Shown piece by piece: positions 62,013 to 64,000 of a DNA stretch of 64,000 nt. The translations under genes were made by a program, and so were the position numbers. Where the stretch lies: IMG/VR virus record IMGVR_UViG_3300026484_000157, positions 62,270 to 126,269 of that record; one strand, written 5' to 3'. How positions within the stretch are numbered: the first letter of the stretch is position 1; each line of letters starts with the position of its first letter. The notes beneath the pieces are model-generated. The model made no database searches. It worked only from the letters and a program-made list of their open reading frames with translations, and was not told the DNA's origin. Origin of the DNA: a virus.

Positions 62013-63462
62013 ATGGCATATAAAATTTCAAAAACAATTAAAGGTATCCGAGTTAATAAAAATTACATTGGCGATTCATTTCTTGAAAAAGAAACTGTAT
62101 TATCGGATAGAAAGAACATTCATCAAGCAAGACCATCAAGATTAAGAGAATATAAAGTGGTCAAGGTCACTAGTGACCTAGATATCAACATTAGTTTGTT
62201 AAAATCACTAGTTCCTGAAATAGAAACATCAGATATTGACCAAGAGGCATTTAATATTAAAATGGCTAAAGTTGATGCAGCATATTACAATCAAGATGGT
62301 AATAATCATAATTGGGGAAATAAAGCAATTGCCTTATTTTTAAACGACTTATTTACAGTTGAAATTTTTGAGTACTAGGAGATAACCATGAAATCAAATT
62401 ACAATAGAGATACAATACCAAATGCAGATGGCACATTTACAGCTTATGTTAAAGACCCAGCAGGTAATAAAATAGAAGAACTTACAATAACAGGTAAATC
62501 GAAGATTGGGGTTGGCTCTAAATTAGGTCAAGCAATCAAAAAATTCGATTTTGATAAATATGAAGAAGAAAATGATGTATCTGTTAAAGCTGAGGTAGAT
62601 CCTTATAAAGGTCTATCAGGTGTAGATAGACTAATTGCTCAATCTATTGATAAAGGGACTTATTTGGAAGATGAGATCAATGGTTGGACTGTTAAATTAG
62701 TACCACAAGATTGGGCATCAACTTATAAATTCAGAATAGGTAAAATATCTTATTCATTTGACATGAGAATTGATGAAAAAGTAATCATATTTTCTAATTG
62801 TAGTAACAGATTTGGTGATAATCTTACCGATGTACATATGCCAAAAATTATGAACAAGATTGATGAAATCATAGCAACTGTTAAATCTAATTTGGCTCAA
62901 ATTAGTCAAGAATTGAAAGAGAAATCTAGTTATGATAAAGATTTAACACCAACTCAGAAAAAGCTAGGACAAGTTATTGATAAAGACAAATCAAATCCAT
63001 CAACTAATAAAGTCCTAATTTGGCAATTTATGGATCTACATATTATTGGGGAGGTAACACTATGAAAACCCATCCAAAGGTGGCTAAATTAATTCTACAA
63101 ATTAAGCTTGTTAAAAATAGAAAACAAAAGCTAATGGAATCAACATTGGAGAAAATAAAACAACTATCAAAGGTTAAATAATGAAGAAAATAACTATAGC
63201 ACAACACTATACGATAGATATTCCTGCTGAAATGGAAAATTTATCACCAGAGCAACTGCTTAATCAACTAAATAGAATGTATGACATTCATGGGCAGGGC
63301 ATAATTGCTCATGGACTGGATGCAAAACAAGATTATGACATGACAACATTAACTCACATTGATGATGAAGAGGTCTATACTGATAATTCATCAATTTCCA
63401 ATGAGGGTCATATCATAATCTTAGATGGTCAGCCACTATCGGATGAGGGAGATAAATTATAA
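62013..63462 (+). CDS. Hypothetical genes (62013-62378, 62388-63065, 63181-63462)
   Basis: First gene follows the conserved promoter. Confidence 0.55.
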
Positions 63463-64000
63463 TGGAATGGCATCTATTACACCCAAAAAAATCATATGGA
63501 TTATCATCTAAGTCTGAATTTTTCAAAAAGGTAGTAATCAACCACTTAGTACACCTAAATGAATCGCAAGGAATACATAAGTCTATGTCAGTATTTGGCA
63601 CTTATTTTCTTATTGATGATGTCCATGTACCAGCCAAGAATAGATTCATTATTTCTGCAATTAAAAGAGATGAGAAAGGATTTACCAATATAGACTTGGA
63701 TAAAAATTGGAATAAAATTATGTCACAATTATTTGGCATTGATTATAACCCAAGTCTATCAAAATTGATAACAAAGAACACTACAATGGATAGACTATAC
63801 CATGTATTTGCTTTACTAACAGGATCTACTACAAATAAAACAATCAATAATGATACATTTAAAAGAGTAATTTCAGGAGAAGCAAAGTTATCACATAGTT
63901 ATGGTCATAAGCTTAATTCATTGATTATGTTTGTTAATAACCCAACAAATCCTGCTCTAACAGAATTACTTACTTCAATAGATGAGTCATCTTATGAAGT
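63462..64000 (+). CDS. Hypothetical protein, runs off window end
   Basis: ATG 63462 (MEWHLLHPKK...) open to the window edge. Confidence 0.5.
   Translation, partial: MEWHLLHPKKSYGLSSKSEFFKKVVINHLVHLNESQGIHKSMSVFGTYFLIDDVHVPAKNRFIISAIKRDEKGFTNIDLDKNWNKIMSQLFGIDYNPSLSKLITKNTTMDRLYHVFALLTGSTTNKTINNDTFKRVISGEAKLSHSYGHKLNSLIMFVNNPTNPALTELLTSIDESSYE

Noticed and set aside
12-63601. Numerous short minus-strand ORFs in the track
   Set aside because: They are antisense shadows of well-supported + strand genes, with no recognisable motifs
1-64000. Stop-codon reassignment as the cause of fragmented genes
   Set aside because: Coding density is high under the standard code; TAA, TAG and TGA all end genes at coupled junctions; the fragments are distant, not adjacent in-frame

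Overview
AT-rich window with dense, almost entirely + strand genes from a large (probably jumbo) lytic phage. The host is probably Campylobacterota, inferred from AAGGA Shine-Dalgarno sites, a TGnTATAAT promoter and a Campylobacter-type dimeric dUTPase. It covers replication, recombination and nucleotide metabolism: SNF2, DnaB and UvrD helicases, family A polymerase pieces, a clamp, primase halves, ligase, RecA, resolvase, split SbcC plus SbcD, two dUTPases, dNMP kinase, a ThyX-like protein and an MTase, along with many small hypothetical genes. Highlights: (1) a PolA fractured by a split intein with a 15-aa IntC around a free-standing endonuclease, with motif A in a separate gene; (2) a divergent PurZ, suggesting 2-aminoadenine or related DNA modification; (3) a recurrent TTAAAA-N17-TATA promoter whose spacer co-varies to pair with the downstream RBS; (4) a ~136-nt hairpin RNA displaying the exact complement of the shared RBS leader AAGGATAACAAC; (5) a non-canonical tRNA-like RNA; (6) a family of proteins sharing an 'NIIAG' leader; (7) a phage-borne two-component system with a beta-barrel gene, a GGDEF protein and a Tad2-like protein. 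All calls come from reading motifs by eye; no database search was run.
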